Source: Thalia democratica (Eukaryota). Taken from it: a DNA stretch of 64,000 bases. The notes beneath the pieces were generated by a model. It was not told where the DNA came from and did not search any database. It was given only the letters and a program-made list of their open reading frames with translations. Positions 50,601-62,100 of the stretch are shown piece after piece; within the stretch, counting starts at the first letter, position 1; every line of letters starts with the position of its first letter. A program made the translations under genes and the position numbers. The stretch is taken from assembly GCA_965202585.1 (NCBI GenBank), contig OZ241827.1:51460001-51524000 (forward strand). Reading direction: 5' to 3'.

Positions 50601-53600
50601 GTTATTAAACCACAGGAGTGTACGTATGTCACAAAAACATTTTCATTTTTACTGCCTTTAGTTAATATTTTATAGCTTTTTATTCACAGCCACACACGTA
50701 CAACTGCATATATAGAAATTCAGCATGCATTGAAATTTGTGTTTATGATTTTTTTGTTTTGAATAGCTTTTTAACAGTGTGGTAGAAAGCGCAGTGATTC
50801 ACCATACAGCAGCTATATAGCAGCAGTAGCAGAATGAGAAATGCTCACAACGCTCACTTCCGTCTCTGTCATATGATGGTGGTGAGCAGCTTGCTCCATT
50901 CGTGCGTTTGTTCACAACTGCAGCTGGCTTGTACACGCACTGCACGACATGTGTGTGTGGATAAATAGCCATTATTAGAAAAAAGTTCAATTTATTGAAA
51001 TTTGTTTACATGTCGAGCTTGTATTGAAAACACAGCGAATTCAGAGCGTATTAAATAGCCCTAGGAAAGCAGGAAATAAATAGGACTATGTCAATTTCAT
51101 AATTGAATTTTTGTTGCAGCGGTTTGTATTAAAGGCTAAAGGCTAATTAAGGCCGTTTTGTAGTGTCCTTCAAGTGAAAGTTGTTTAGTTGGTAAAAGCT
51201 TGTAAGTAGTGCAGTTACACGAAACTTTCGTGACTTGTATATAGGTTTGCCTTGGCGAAAAGTAATTTAAATCGAGGTTATTGCAGATCGTTCGTTTGAG
51301 TAATTATGTCATTTTAATTAAGCTGTCAAGTAAAATCTAGATAAGAGATAGTTACGAGCAGCAGATAATAATGTTTTATCTCCTGTTTTTCAAATTAGCT
51401 AGTTTTTAATTATATGTTTAAATTATCTTGTGTGCTTGAATACATTTAAAACTTGGGTTCACCGCAATCTATTTATTTTCAGCATTAAGCTATTTTAAAA
51501 CACCATCATTTCTTTGCTTAATGTGTCAGCAACTCCTTTTGTGTTAAGTAAGGAGTTTTCAAGGTGTGTTTATTTATAATGTTTAAATCTTTTTGACAAT
51601 CAAGTAAAACTGTTTTTATTTTGCAGAACGCAGCTGAGGTACAAAACGAACCAGGCCGCCTTTTCAACCGGAAGCCAGTTCTCCGATCACGGTTACGCCA
51701 GCGCCAGTCCCGCCGACTGCTTCAGAAAGGCCCAATACCAGCAGCAGAACATTTCTTTTGCCAACGATGACCAGTTGAACCTGGTGAAGGACTACTTCAA
51801 GTCACACAGCAGCAAGCAGCAGATGGTGCAAAACAACGAGATGCGCCAGGAGCCGCCGCAACTGATTCCCGACGAGGAGCTGCCAGCGTCTCAGGCCATG
51901 GTCGGGTCATCGATGGTCGGCTCCAACCTCAACGCCATCGCTCCCGTGTTCCAGCCCTCCGCGCAGTACCACCAGCACAACGCAATGGCCAACGGTCAGT
52001 TTTCACTTCAATTTTGAATAAATTCCATTAATTGTTAATATTGTTGTTTGATGTGTTACGTTGGACTCTGGCATCAACACCTGAACCGCTTAAACAGATG
52101 GACACATGAGGAGTAAAAACGAAAAGCGACAGATTATTTTTGACTTATAAATTTATATTAAATAAAAATTTCAAAGTAAAGTCATTAAGTTTCAACTGTT
52201 TTTGTTCAACCAGGATTCAGCCCACCGTTTTCGCCGGAACACCACCAGCACCACCAGAACAGGTCGGCTTCGTTCTTCCTCAACAGGGGCCAGCAGCCGC
52301 TCGAGTCGGTGAAGGAGTCGGTGATGATTTCCCAGTTCAGCAACAACCAGCTGTTCAACAGTGCCGCTTTCGGCCAGCTCAACCAAGACTTCGGCCAGAT
52401 GAACATGCAAGAAAGCCAGCAACCAGACGGTGGGTGGTCACTTTAATAATATTGTTTTAGTTTTATTTAATGTTTTAGGTTTTACTTTTAGTTTTACTTC
52501 CTTTAAAAAAAAAAGTTTTAAATTATAAACTAAATTAAATTAAAAAAAGTATTAAGTATACGAAAGCAAAACGGTTTATGTTGATCTATGCTATTATATT
52601 AAACATGAATAAATTACGCAGCTTTCGGTTCGAATAGAAACAAGAAGAACTTTGGCGAGATCATCGGGCCGGACGGCAAGCGAGTTGGAAACACGACGTT
52701 CATGATCACGCAGGAGCTGAGAATGCTCAGGGACAGGGACGTCGACCGTCAGATGGACAACGGAAGCAGCTTTGTGGCGGTGCCCGGACACAAGGTTCGT
52801 AAATTTGAATATATGAACAATTTCTGTGATTTTCCTTCTATTGTGAAAGTTTAAACCATCACCTAATGATCTGCTGTTTGTCATGACAAGCATTCATAAG
52901 TAACAACAAAGGTAGTTCTTAATTTGAATTTTTCGTATAAGAAACACAATGGCATTTTTGTTGCATAAGAACAAAGTAAATTTTGTGATAACAACATGTG
53001 ACTGCCCTTTATCATAGTTTGCAAAAACAAAGTAGATTATTAATGTAATAAAACACATGTTTGAAAATTGATGTTACTTGTGATAAAGAAAAACTATAGA
53101 ATATACTTTTTTGCTTATAATTTTTAACTAATATATTTTTTAATAAAACAAGAGCTAGAAAAATTGTACAATCTCTTAAACTTAAAGTGGAGTTTTAGAT
53201 TAGTTAAGTAAATTACTCTAATGTTCTGTAAGCTATTGTTGTAATGTATTTTATTTTTTCTTAATCAATAGGTTAGATAATTGTTAAAAGGTTTTATAGA
53301 TTTAAAATACAATGGTTAAGATTTAGTATAAGTAACTTAATTATTATATAATTAACTTTTAGTTGTAGTTTAATTTATTTAGAAGGTAAAAAACCTCAAA
53401 AATACTATTATTTGCACTTTTAATTTTTACTTATAAATATAAAAATTAAGTTTATAATGTCTAGCAATAGCTTTAGAAAGCTTGATAAAAATTAAATTAC
53501 CTACATGTTTAAACAAACAGTCAGCTCAAGGATTATTATTTGCTTTAATTACTTCAATTAATTGAAAAACCAGAAGTATTTAGCCCAAAAAAAGAGAAAT

Positions 53601-56600
53601 TTTCAGTAATGAACGCATAATTCAGTGAAGCAAAGCTCATTCAGAATTAAAATGCAAATCAAGTGCAAATCAGATTACATTCTTTTTCTGTTTAGCTGAT
53701 GACAGTAAGCTCGTTTAGCTGATAAATTGAAAATGACATTTAATTCGTTTAAGTGGAAAGGCAAAAATGATATCGCACGATTTTAAGGCAGTAAGTTGAT
53801 AATAATAGAAACAAAGACGGGGCATAAAGAAGCTATTTGTTCGCGAATTTTGGCTAAATTCTCCATAAAACGTATGGTTTCACAGTCATATGATTTATCG
53901 GCTATTGATGAATTAAAGTGATAAAAGCAACCTGCGTCAGTAAAAATATTTTTAGTTCACAAAAGAGTTAAGTTATTTAAAAAATTGACAATTCAAGAAT
54001 TATATTTATATTTTTCAACAAGATTATCGAAACTTTAAAATTTTTTTTTTTTGTTTTAACAGCAACACCATGGTCAACGCACAAAGATGGTTGCATTAAA
54101 TGGACGCGGTCAGCCGAAACAGACGACTGCATTCAAGCTGGTCAATCTCAGATACACTCAGTTTTCCCAGAGATTTTCTTTCGACTCGTTCATCGTGAGT
54201 TTTTTTTTTCCTTTTTTTGGCTCAACACTTGATAAGCAATAAGCATTTTTGTTTTATCAAAATATAATTTTTGTTAAAAAGTGAATTCTTTTTGCAGAAA
54301 GTCTTGCCTCGCCAGAAAGTAAACCCCTACCACATAAAGATGGAAGGCGAAGGTTACGGTTCTGATGATTTGAGAAATTTCATCTTGTCTCAACTTTCAA
54401 TGGCTTCATGCAACATGGTAAGTGTTTTGTTGAGAATTGTTTCAATACGATGCCAAAGCAATTAATCATTGAATTAATATTTTGAAACATTAAACTGTAG
54501 CGTATAGTTTTGTTCAACAATGACTAAGCGATTGTGTAATGCCATTATATTGAGTATTGAGGTGTGTAATATAAAATTTCAAAGAGAAAGTGTGTTGTTG
54601 CTAACAGAGAATATTTTACTTCCTTAACGAAAAAGTGCTTTAGAAGGAAGTTTGCGTACCAGCTTAAAGTTTACCTTTTATGACATCACAGCACGTCATT
54701 CACGTTTATCATTAATTTGCTACTTTATTTTATTTCTTTTCAGCAGCACATAACAAATTCGCGTTATTATTGCTATTCGGTTCGTAGTATTTCAGTTCGG
54801 CTTCAATTGCAAAGCTACTTTTGTTGTTATCTGTTTCAGATCTTGTAAAATGATATAACTTTTAAAGCCCGTTGTTTTCCGTACAACGCCCTAAAGTACA
54901 TGATTTTTTTTAATGATGCAAGCCAAAATGCGCCGCAGTAGTCTAAAAATACACCGAATGTAACTCGCCCCATTGTTGTATCTTCTTCACAAAAACTTTG
55001 AAAGAGCAAACAGACTTGAGTGTAGACTTGTGGTGATTTGAGCAATCACACACTCACATTTCAATATTACCCAATGTATATTGGTCACGCGCCTCCAGTC
55101 TAGCCGAATTCCATCACAAAAATATGTGGTTCAGCTGCGTCGCCGCCTCTCACTTACTCGCAACTCTGCCGTGTGTGGATGACGAAAACAGCTTCTTGTT
55201 ATGAAATTTGTTTTCGTGCCCGGGCAACCTTGTATCAGTTTTTTTTTTGCAGACGCCCATGCCACTTAGCGGTCGCCTTGTGTATTGTTCGCCGCTAATG
55301 GCTTGTGCTGGTTGTGTTTTGAGTTTCTTTTTTTCCACTGTGTGTATACAGAGTTTTTTGAAGCAAACTTGTTATGTAAGGTGACCGCTAAGTGCCATGT
55401 TGGCATACTTTTATGTAATGTATTTAGGCCAATTAGCGGTAGTTACAAAACTGTAAAGTTAAGTCGTAAGTTAATTTTGTAAGTCGTGAATTAACTCTCA
55501 CCTTATTATGTAAGCTGAAAAACATTTTCAATCGTTAAACTACTTTCCATATTATGCCACAGATCAATTGAACAATTAAACACTCAAATTAAAACACAAT
55601 TCCTTATAATTAATATTACCTGAATAATATTTTTTCAGATGAACTGCGTGACTTGTGGAGTGGAGCTTCCAGTGTACGATCACTTCCCGCTGGTCGATGG
55701 CACCATGTTTCTCAGCCCAGAGCGAAACCCTTCGCAGACCAAGCGAGCTGTAAAGGTTAGTGTTGTGACGTCATAATATTACCATTAATTAGAACTTATT
55801 GTGTTAACAAATATAATTTTTTGGGACTACACAAATAGGAAAGTTTAAGGTCGCGTGCAAAGTAGACTTACTACTTGACTTAATTACACCCGCAAGCTAT
55901 TACGGCATTCAGATAATTTCTAAACAGCTTTTTCATAGTCAACAAGTAAATAAAATCAAAGTATGTATTCTATCTCGTGAGCCTTATCAGCAATAAAAAT
56001 TTCTAATTTGGCTCGATGTAAAAGAAGATTAACTTTAATTCCCATACTTAGATATTGCTAAGTTATGCAACGAAGTAAACTTGAGAGGAATTTTGTTATT
56101 TGTGTTAGAATTAATCTACGACAAGTGAACATTTTACATAATTTAAATATTTATTTTCAAATACAGATTAGCAGCGAAGGCAAGTGCGAATTCGTGCACG
56201 CGTGCTGCGTTGCTTGCTTGGAAGGTTTGAACACCATCACTTGCACTTACTGCAGCAAGTACTGGCAAGGAAGCCATCTCACTCTTGGTTGGTTTTTGAG
56301 AACGTTTGGCTGTAGTCCAATAAAAAAAATTGAAAATAAGTTTTTAGGCAATTTAAAAATGTTTTACGATTTTAAATGTACTTAAAAAGCGCGTTTAATA
56401 AATTTTACTTTTCTTTATCCTAGTTTTTACAATTATTTAACTGTTCGTTATATAATGAGCTGCTCGTTATTCAAAACATTGTTAAAACTTTGTTTTTGCA
56501 GCTTTGCAATCCACATTCCCACTCTCCTCAATGTTATTTGTGCGCTCGTTTTTCACTCCTGTTGTGTTTGCACTCGGCTAACCGCAGAGGCAGGCACATG

Positions 56601-57596
56601 ACCTCTTACAGCGCGACCCCTCCCCCTAGCACACGCTTCTCTCTTTCAAATAAACGGTGTGCCGAACTCGCAGTGTGGATTTTTTTACTCAAAAACGACC
56701 ATAACAATATTTTCAAGTTCGAAATTGTTTCAACTTTTTTGGAGATCTTATCTCGAACGAGGCGAGATAAGAAGCGATAACGTTTTGAAAGCAGAAAGTC
56801 GCTCGCTGTTCAAATCTTTCTGTTAGCAAAGAAAAATTAAATATTTTTTTTTGCTTTTCAACGAGCGAAAACAGTTTGCTTTGCGCAAATAAACTCGGCG
56901 ATTCAACGGAGGGCGCGTTTGTCTTTCGGGCAAACATTTGCTTTTCGTATCGGCTAATTCGGTAAACTTTCAGTAATTTCAGTTTTATTTTCTTTCTTTT
57001 TGTTTTTTATTGTTTGCACGCCCCCACGGCGCACCGCGCGGTGACCGGTCGCAAATTTTTTGTTTTAAAGTTTGCTTTATTTTGCTAAAAAAATTCTAAA
57101 GCCCAGCCTGTTTGCCGTTGTCCTTCAAATTTCCAGCCGCATTCTTCATTGTTTCAGTATTTTATTTTTTTTTTGTTTGCGGTTGAACAAATACTCAATA
57201 AAATTTCACTTTAAAATGTCAATTCAATTATTTAATTTTGTTGTATTTTTACAGGAACGTTGTACATGTACGACATTTTTGCTGCAAGCCCATGCTGCAA
57301 CAACAGGCTGACCTGCAAGAACTGCAGTGAGTTTTTATTGATGAATTAAAATTTTATATAAAAAAGTATGTATCTGAAAGTTGCTAGCCAATGCACAGCA
57401 ATATTATCAGTAAAATAAATTAAATTTAAAATTTTCAGATGTTGCAATTCACGACGTGATGTACACGAGGAAGATGAACTTCAGCGACTTCTCGCGCAAG
57501 AACCCGTGCCCGAGCTGCGGCGCAGTGGACCACCACTTTGTCCGGCCCGCCAACAGCTTCAAGGTACGAGGCCTCGTCCACGACCAGAACGCTTAG
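47566..57596 (+). CDS. hdc: Headcase protein homologue, 11 coding exons, 585 aa: join(47566-47617,47825-48053,51627-51994,52214-52429,52622-52794,54063-54194,54298-54417,55639-55755,56167-56287,57255-57326,57439-57596)
   Basis: All introns are GT..AG with matching phases (1,2,1,1,0,0,0,0,1,1); total 1758 nt with no internal stop. The C-terminal half reads ...RFSFDSFIKVLPRQKVNPYHIKMEGEGYGSDDLRNFILSQLS..CVTCGVELPVYDHFPLVDGTMFLSP..HACCVACLEG..CTYCSKYWQGSHLTLGTLYMYDIFAASPCCNNRLTCKNC..FSDFSRKNPCPSCGAVDHHFVRP, the Cys-rich Headcase/HECA conserved domain (recognised from family knowledge). The N-terminal half is S/Q/N-rich low complexity. Confidence 0.93.
47825..48053 (+). CDS. hdc: headcase exon 2 (Ser/Gly-rich)
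   Basis: Acceptor ACAG 47821-47824, donor GTTAGT 48054; overlaps ORF 47875..48078; GC-rich codons. Confidence 0.88.
51627..51994 (+). CDS. hdc: headcase exon 3 (Gln-rich)
   Basis: Acceptor TTTTGCAG, donor GTCAGT 51995; open frame phase 2 to phase 1; overlaps ORF 51775..52017. Confidence 0.9.
52214..52429 (+). CDS. hdc: headcase exon 4 (GFSPPFSPEHHQHHQ...)
   Basis: Acceptor CAACCAG, donor GTGGGT 52430; open frame, phase 1/1. Confidence 0.88.
52622..52794 (+). CDS. hdc: headcase exon 5
   Basis: Acceptor TACGCAG, donor GTTCGT 52795; open frame AFGSNRNKKNFGEIIGPDGKR...PGHK. Confidence 0.85.
54063..54194 (+). CDS. hdc: headcase exon 6
   Basis: Long T tract plus AACAG acceptor, donor GTGAGT 54195; 44 codons ending RFSFDSFI. 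Confidence 0.9.
54298..54417 (+). CDS. hdc: headcase exon 7 (KVLPRQKVNPYHIKME...)
   Basis: Acceptor TTTTGCAG, donor GTAAGT 54418; conserved Headcase motif. Confidence 0.95.
55639..55755 (+). CDS. hdc: headcase exon 8 (CVTC...FPLVDGTMFLSP)
   Basis: Acceptor TTTTTCAG, donor GTTAGT 55756; conserved motif. Confidence 0.95.
56167..56287 (+). CDS. hdc: headcase exon 9 (ACCVACLEG...WQGSHLTLG)
   Basis: Acceptor ATACAG, donor GTTGGT 56288; conserved motif. Confidence 0.95.
57255..57326 (+). CDS. hdc: headcase exon 10 (GTLYMYDIFAASPCCNNRLTCKNC)
   Basis: Acceptor TTTTTACAG, donor GTGAGT 57327; conserved motif. Confidence 0.95.
57439..57596 (+). CDS. hdc: headcase exon 11, terminal (CPSC..DHHFVRP...QNA*)
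   Basis: Acceptor ATTTTCAG; TAG at 57594-57596. Confidence 0.93.
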
Positions 57597-57598
57597 AA

Positions 57599-57660
57599 AG
57601 CTCAGCAGCGCGGCCTCGTCCAAATTTTTAGTTACAATTTGCGAGGCCTCGCAGTGAGTT
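57599..57660 (+). promoter_or_regulatory. Stem-loop immediately 3' of the headcase stop codon (candidate readthrough stimulator)
   Basis: 5' arm 57599-57626 pairs with 3' arm 57636-57660: 23 bp by hand, including GGCCUCG/CGAGGCC and CAAAUU/AAUUUG, with 2 mismatches and 2 small bulges. Confidence 0.6.
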
Positions 57661-59166
57661 GGCTGCCGTCGGCTCAATACGTTCCGAGTAGGCGGTTTTG
57701 GCTCATCGTTGTTGACTCTTGTATGTCAAAACACACACATTTTTTGAAAAAAAAGTTATTTAGCAGATGAAGAATTTTTATAGATTTTGTTTATCTGAAT
57801 CTTTCATTTTTTCTATCATCAACAAAAAAATTCTGGCTCGTTTTTTGTTAATATGTTATTTTATTTCTTGTTGGGTATTTTTCCCCACTTCCTTTTTGTG
57901 TTCCTTGGTTGTTTTACGCTGTGATCGGCTTTTAACGTTTGTGTTAAGTTTCAAGTTATGTTTACCCTTTAAGTTTACACCGATTCTCCTTGTATATTAT
58001 TATAGTTAGATTAATGGGCTATTAAATTATATAGGCATATTTTCTACACTGCCTAAGTTTTCTAGCCCGAGTAAAAGTTATCCCACAATAGTTATCATTC
58101 TTACTTAATCAGTTTTTTTAATTAACAAAAAGAAAATATAACCCGTTTACCTCCCTTTTAGCCCTCCACTTTTAGGTAGGATTTTTTTAATTTTTGTTTT
58201 TTTTTTAATAGTAGTGGTATTTATACCGGTTAATATTTAGTATTTTTTTGTAGGGATTTCGTGTAGGTTGAATTAATGATCCCTCAAGTTTTATAAAAAT
58301 TTTATTTAAAGTTTAACCGGAGTAGTAATTCTGTGTAGGTAACTCTTTTCTGTACAAAAAATATGAAAAAAATCTAAATTTGTCTTTGGCTCTTTCGAAT
58401 TAAATCTCTACCAGTAGGTTTTCATTCCTACGATTTTATATAACTCTTTGTTTTCGTTCTTTTGAATACATATATATCAAAATTTCACACAGCTTGCGTG
58501 GATCTTCGATTAAAAGCTTTGCTCTGGAAGTTGTTGAAGTTGCCGGTTATTTTATGTTGCCTGGTGGATTTGACATCCGAAGTCCGACAGTTTTGTTTGA
58601 CGCTGAAAAAAACATCTGAGTTTTCAACTCAACCATTTTTTCGCTAGAAATTGTTAGGCAGACGTTGTCAGGCTGTGTTCGATTCAAAATAACTTTCAGA
58701 TATCTTTTTCTAAGCTTGCTTTTATATAATTTTAAATTATTACGAACAGTATATTATCACAATTGCAGTTTTTTATTCCATTTGTGTTTTCATATGCTAT
58801 TTTATCAACTTCTATATTGTATGTGTATATAAATTTCTTGTTTTTATACATTTCTGAAATACTTTTAAGATAGATCTTGCTACAGTTATATACATGATAA
58901 GGTAAATACTTGTGGCTTGTAACTTTTCAGCTCTGACCTATTTTTGTAAGTTAAAGTTGTTCACTATTATAAATTGCTTTAGTTATATAGTCTTTAGTCT
59001 TTGTATGGCACACATGTAAGTGTTCTGAGTACAAGTTTGCTTTTAATGTTTTTTATTTGTTTTTATCTTGTAAAGTCGCGTGCTGTAAAGCACTAAATTC
59101 AGTATATGTAGGTAATTTAATATATAAAACAGTTATAAAATATGTAAAAATTGTATATAAAAAACT

Positions 59167-59172
59167 AATAAA
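59167..59172 (+). terminator. Candidate polyadenylation signal of headcase (3' UTR ~1.6 kb)
   Basis: AATAAA followed by a T/GT-rich tract (TTTTTTGTTTTGT) at the end of a long U-rich region. Confidence 0.4.
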
Positions 59173-62100
59173 TTTTTTGTTTTGTCCTTCAGTTCAAGTT
59201 TGTTTTTGTTCAATTTTATTAAAAACTTTCCTGAAATTCTAACAAGGTCTCAAAATTGTAACTGCTTTGTTCCAAGCCATGTTGCTTTGTCAGGACTTAA
59301 CGGAATTTAAACCACCACAGAAGGCATTATTAAAGTGTGGAGTGTTTAGAGCGAGTTGATTTTTGTTTTGCTGTTTTGGAAGGTTGCAAATTATATTGCG
59401 TTGTTCTGTTGTTGATGTTTTTTTTTCAATGGTTTTTGTTGCGTTTTACATTTTGATATATTTTTTTGCGTGTATTGCTTTCTTTTCCGGAACTAACACA
59501 CCATTTTAGGACGAGAAGGCGGCACATGTATATCTGTGTGGAGTGAAAATAAGAAATGAGGGAAAAATCGTGAAGCTCTATAAATCTGCTGTGACGTTTT
59601 CTCACAAAGTTATACAGCAAAATTTCGGGTTTGTCTTGGGAAGTTTTTAAGAATCTTGACCCAGTTGTCTCACACACAGCGATGAAAAAGCCGGTCACAA
59701 AACCCATATTTGTACCTATTTTTACTGTAAACTTCCCCACGACCCCAGTTTGCCCTTCGAGCGTCTGTTGTACTTCTGATTCGAAGTATTCGAAGCAAGC
59801 TTTTCAACAAAAAAACAAGCATACACACTAGCTAATTCACCAGTAGACTACATTGAATTTCTCACAAAGTTCCATTATTTATTTTTTTTTGTTACATGTT
59901 ATATAAACTCATTGGAAAGCTTGTTACGAGCCGAGAAACTGATAAAACGGAAACGCATTCGCTTGAACATTCGTATATATATTTTCTATTGTTAAATCCA
60001 AGTTAGTATAAAGTTAACTGTTTAGAAAATTCTATCCCTTCCTTTCTCTCCCCATTTCGCTACTACTTAATGCCCAATAAACAGGATTTATATAGTTGTC
60101 GTATTTTTTCTCATTTCTTTTCATATATACCACTCTCTTCTTGAAAAAATTGAGCACGTATTTTATTATTATATTCTAGTTAAGTAACATTTATTATAGT
60201 TCTTCTTAGAAGCAATTCGCGAATTAGTTAATTGTTCAAATAAAATTCTAACTGCAAATATGTGTTTTTTATATTTATGTTAAAGTTTTTTTTAAATAAC
60301 CACTAAGACTGGTAGTTCTATTAAGTTTTAATATATTCATTATGTAAAGTTAATATTCTGAAAATTCAAGTTAATTATTTTCGAATAAAAAAACTCCACT
60401 TTAAAAAAATAAGTTTTGAAAATCTCAAGTAGTTTTCAATCCTGAAAATTTTATAACATTTACTGTTAAAGAGATAAAAAAACTTGATTTTTAATAATTG
60501 TAAAATAAATGAAATGTTATTTAATTTCAAAAACTTAATCACCAAAATAGTTAATTTTAGAAAGAACTGTAAATTCAAAAATAATTACATATGAATCATT
60601 TTTTAAAACTTTTAGTAGAAGTTTGAGATAAATTCTAAAAACGTAATCGTTTCAAATAATTCAAGTATTTAAAAATTGTACATCTAAAGTATTTAAGTTG
60701 TTTTTATTTGTTTCATTGGAATCAAAATAGGATTTTAAATTAAAAGAACAAAAATTTAGTAATTCAAATAACACTGACAAAACCAAAGTTAATGACTTTT
60801 CAACAACGAAAAGCTAATAGTTTAAGACATAATAATTTTTTTAGACATTATAGTTTTATAAGATATAATTTTTGTGTGTATGTTCATTAAATATTAAAAC
60901 TTCACGTTGTAAAGCATTTGTTATTTTTTTAAAACTTTAGGGTTTTTACTGTACGAAATTCAGGTTATTATAATATTTAACAAAATACTTACAAAACAAA
61001 TGTTTTAAGGATCATTAATAGTTGTATTATGATGTTTAAAAATCATCATAAATGCATAGTTAGACTGTCCTTATACACTTGATAAACTGATTTTAACTTC
61101 AAAGGGTTAAATGAAAAATTTTAAACAAAAAAAGTTTAATATGAAAATTGCATAATTAGAATTTTAATTTGAAACAAATGCAGCTGAAATTGTCACTAAC
61201 ATAAAAACAAATTGTAGTTGACAAGCTTATAATTATAAAACAAAACTTGTGTTCAGGTTTACTTTTTTTTAAACATATAATGTACACTTTAAAAATTTAA
61301 ATATAAGATAACTTAACAAAATTAGATTCTTCTTGCTGCCACAAAAGTAGCCTTACTTTTAAAACGGATTTTGTTAAAAGAAATACTATAAAATAACTAG
61401 AAGAATGATAATAAATTAAGTACTTTATTATTTTTAATCAGTTTTCGGCACTAAAAAGTACTTTTTACATTGCTAGGTATGTAAAATATGTTAACACATT
61501 TAAAAAAATAAATTCTTAAGTTATAATTTCATTATTTAACAGTTTATCATCTATATAACTTAGTTTAGAGTAAAAATTTAAAAATAGTAATCATACAGTA
61601 TATTGAATAATTTTACGCTAACATAAAATAATTATATTTGGCAACTTGAATAAAAATTATTACATCTTTTTTTCTTTTCAAAAAATATTTAATTCTAACT
61701 TATTTTAAATACCATACTGGAATTTTTATTTATTTTTTCTTAATTCTATTTGGTTGTAAACCATCTTTTTTGACATAATTTTTTTTATTTAAAACTTAGC
61801 TTAATTTTATTTTACTAAACTAATTATATTTAAAAAATCATTTGAGTTTTTTGTTCAAAACACAAAATAAATACTTTAAAATGAATAGCTGATAGTAAAA
61901 AAAAATTTTTTTATTTTATTTTTTTCAACCGTGTTAGGAATTCAGCATGATTAATGTCAAACACTTGTACAGTACTTATGCCGCGCAATCTAAGCCCATT
62001 TGAATCAAACAATGCGAATAAGTTTAGACGAGTTTGTTTACTACAAAATAAAAAAACAAGGGGTAGATGCCTCGGTCCCCAACAAACTGGGCAGGGTCCA

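Noticed and set aside
47772-57677. Minus-strand ORFs (47772..47996, 52192..52422, 52594..52893, 57435..57677) and + ORF 52140..52460
   Set aside because: Shadow or alternative-frame ORFs of GC3-rich headcase exons.
57594-57700. SECIS/selenocysteine explanation for the post-stop hairpin
   Set aside because: The stop is UAG, not UGA, and no SECIS AUGA/GA quartet is evident.
58261-58345. GTAGGTTG/GTAGGT motifs resembling let-7 or miR-196 sequence
   Set aside because: Match is under 10 nt and there is no pre-miRNA hairpin.
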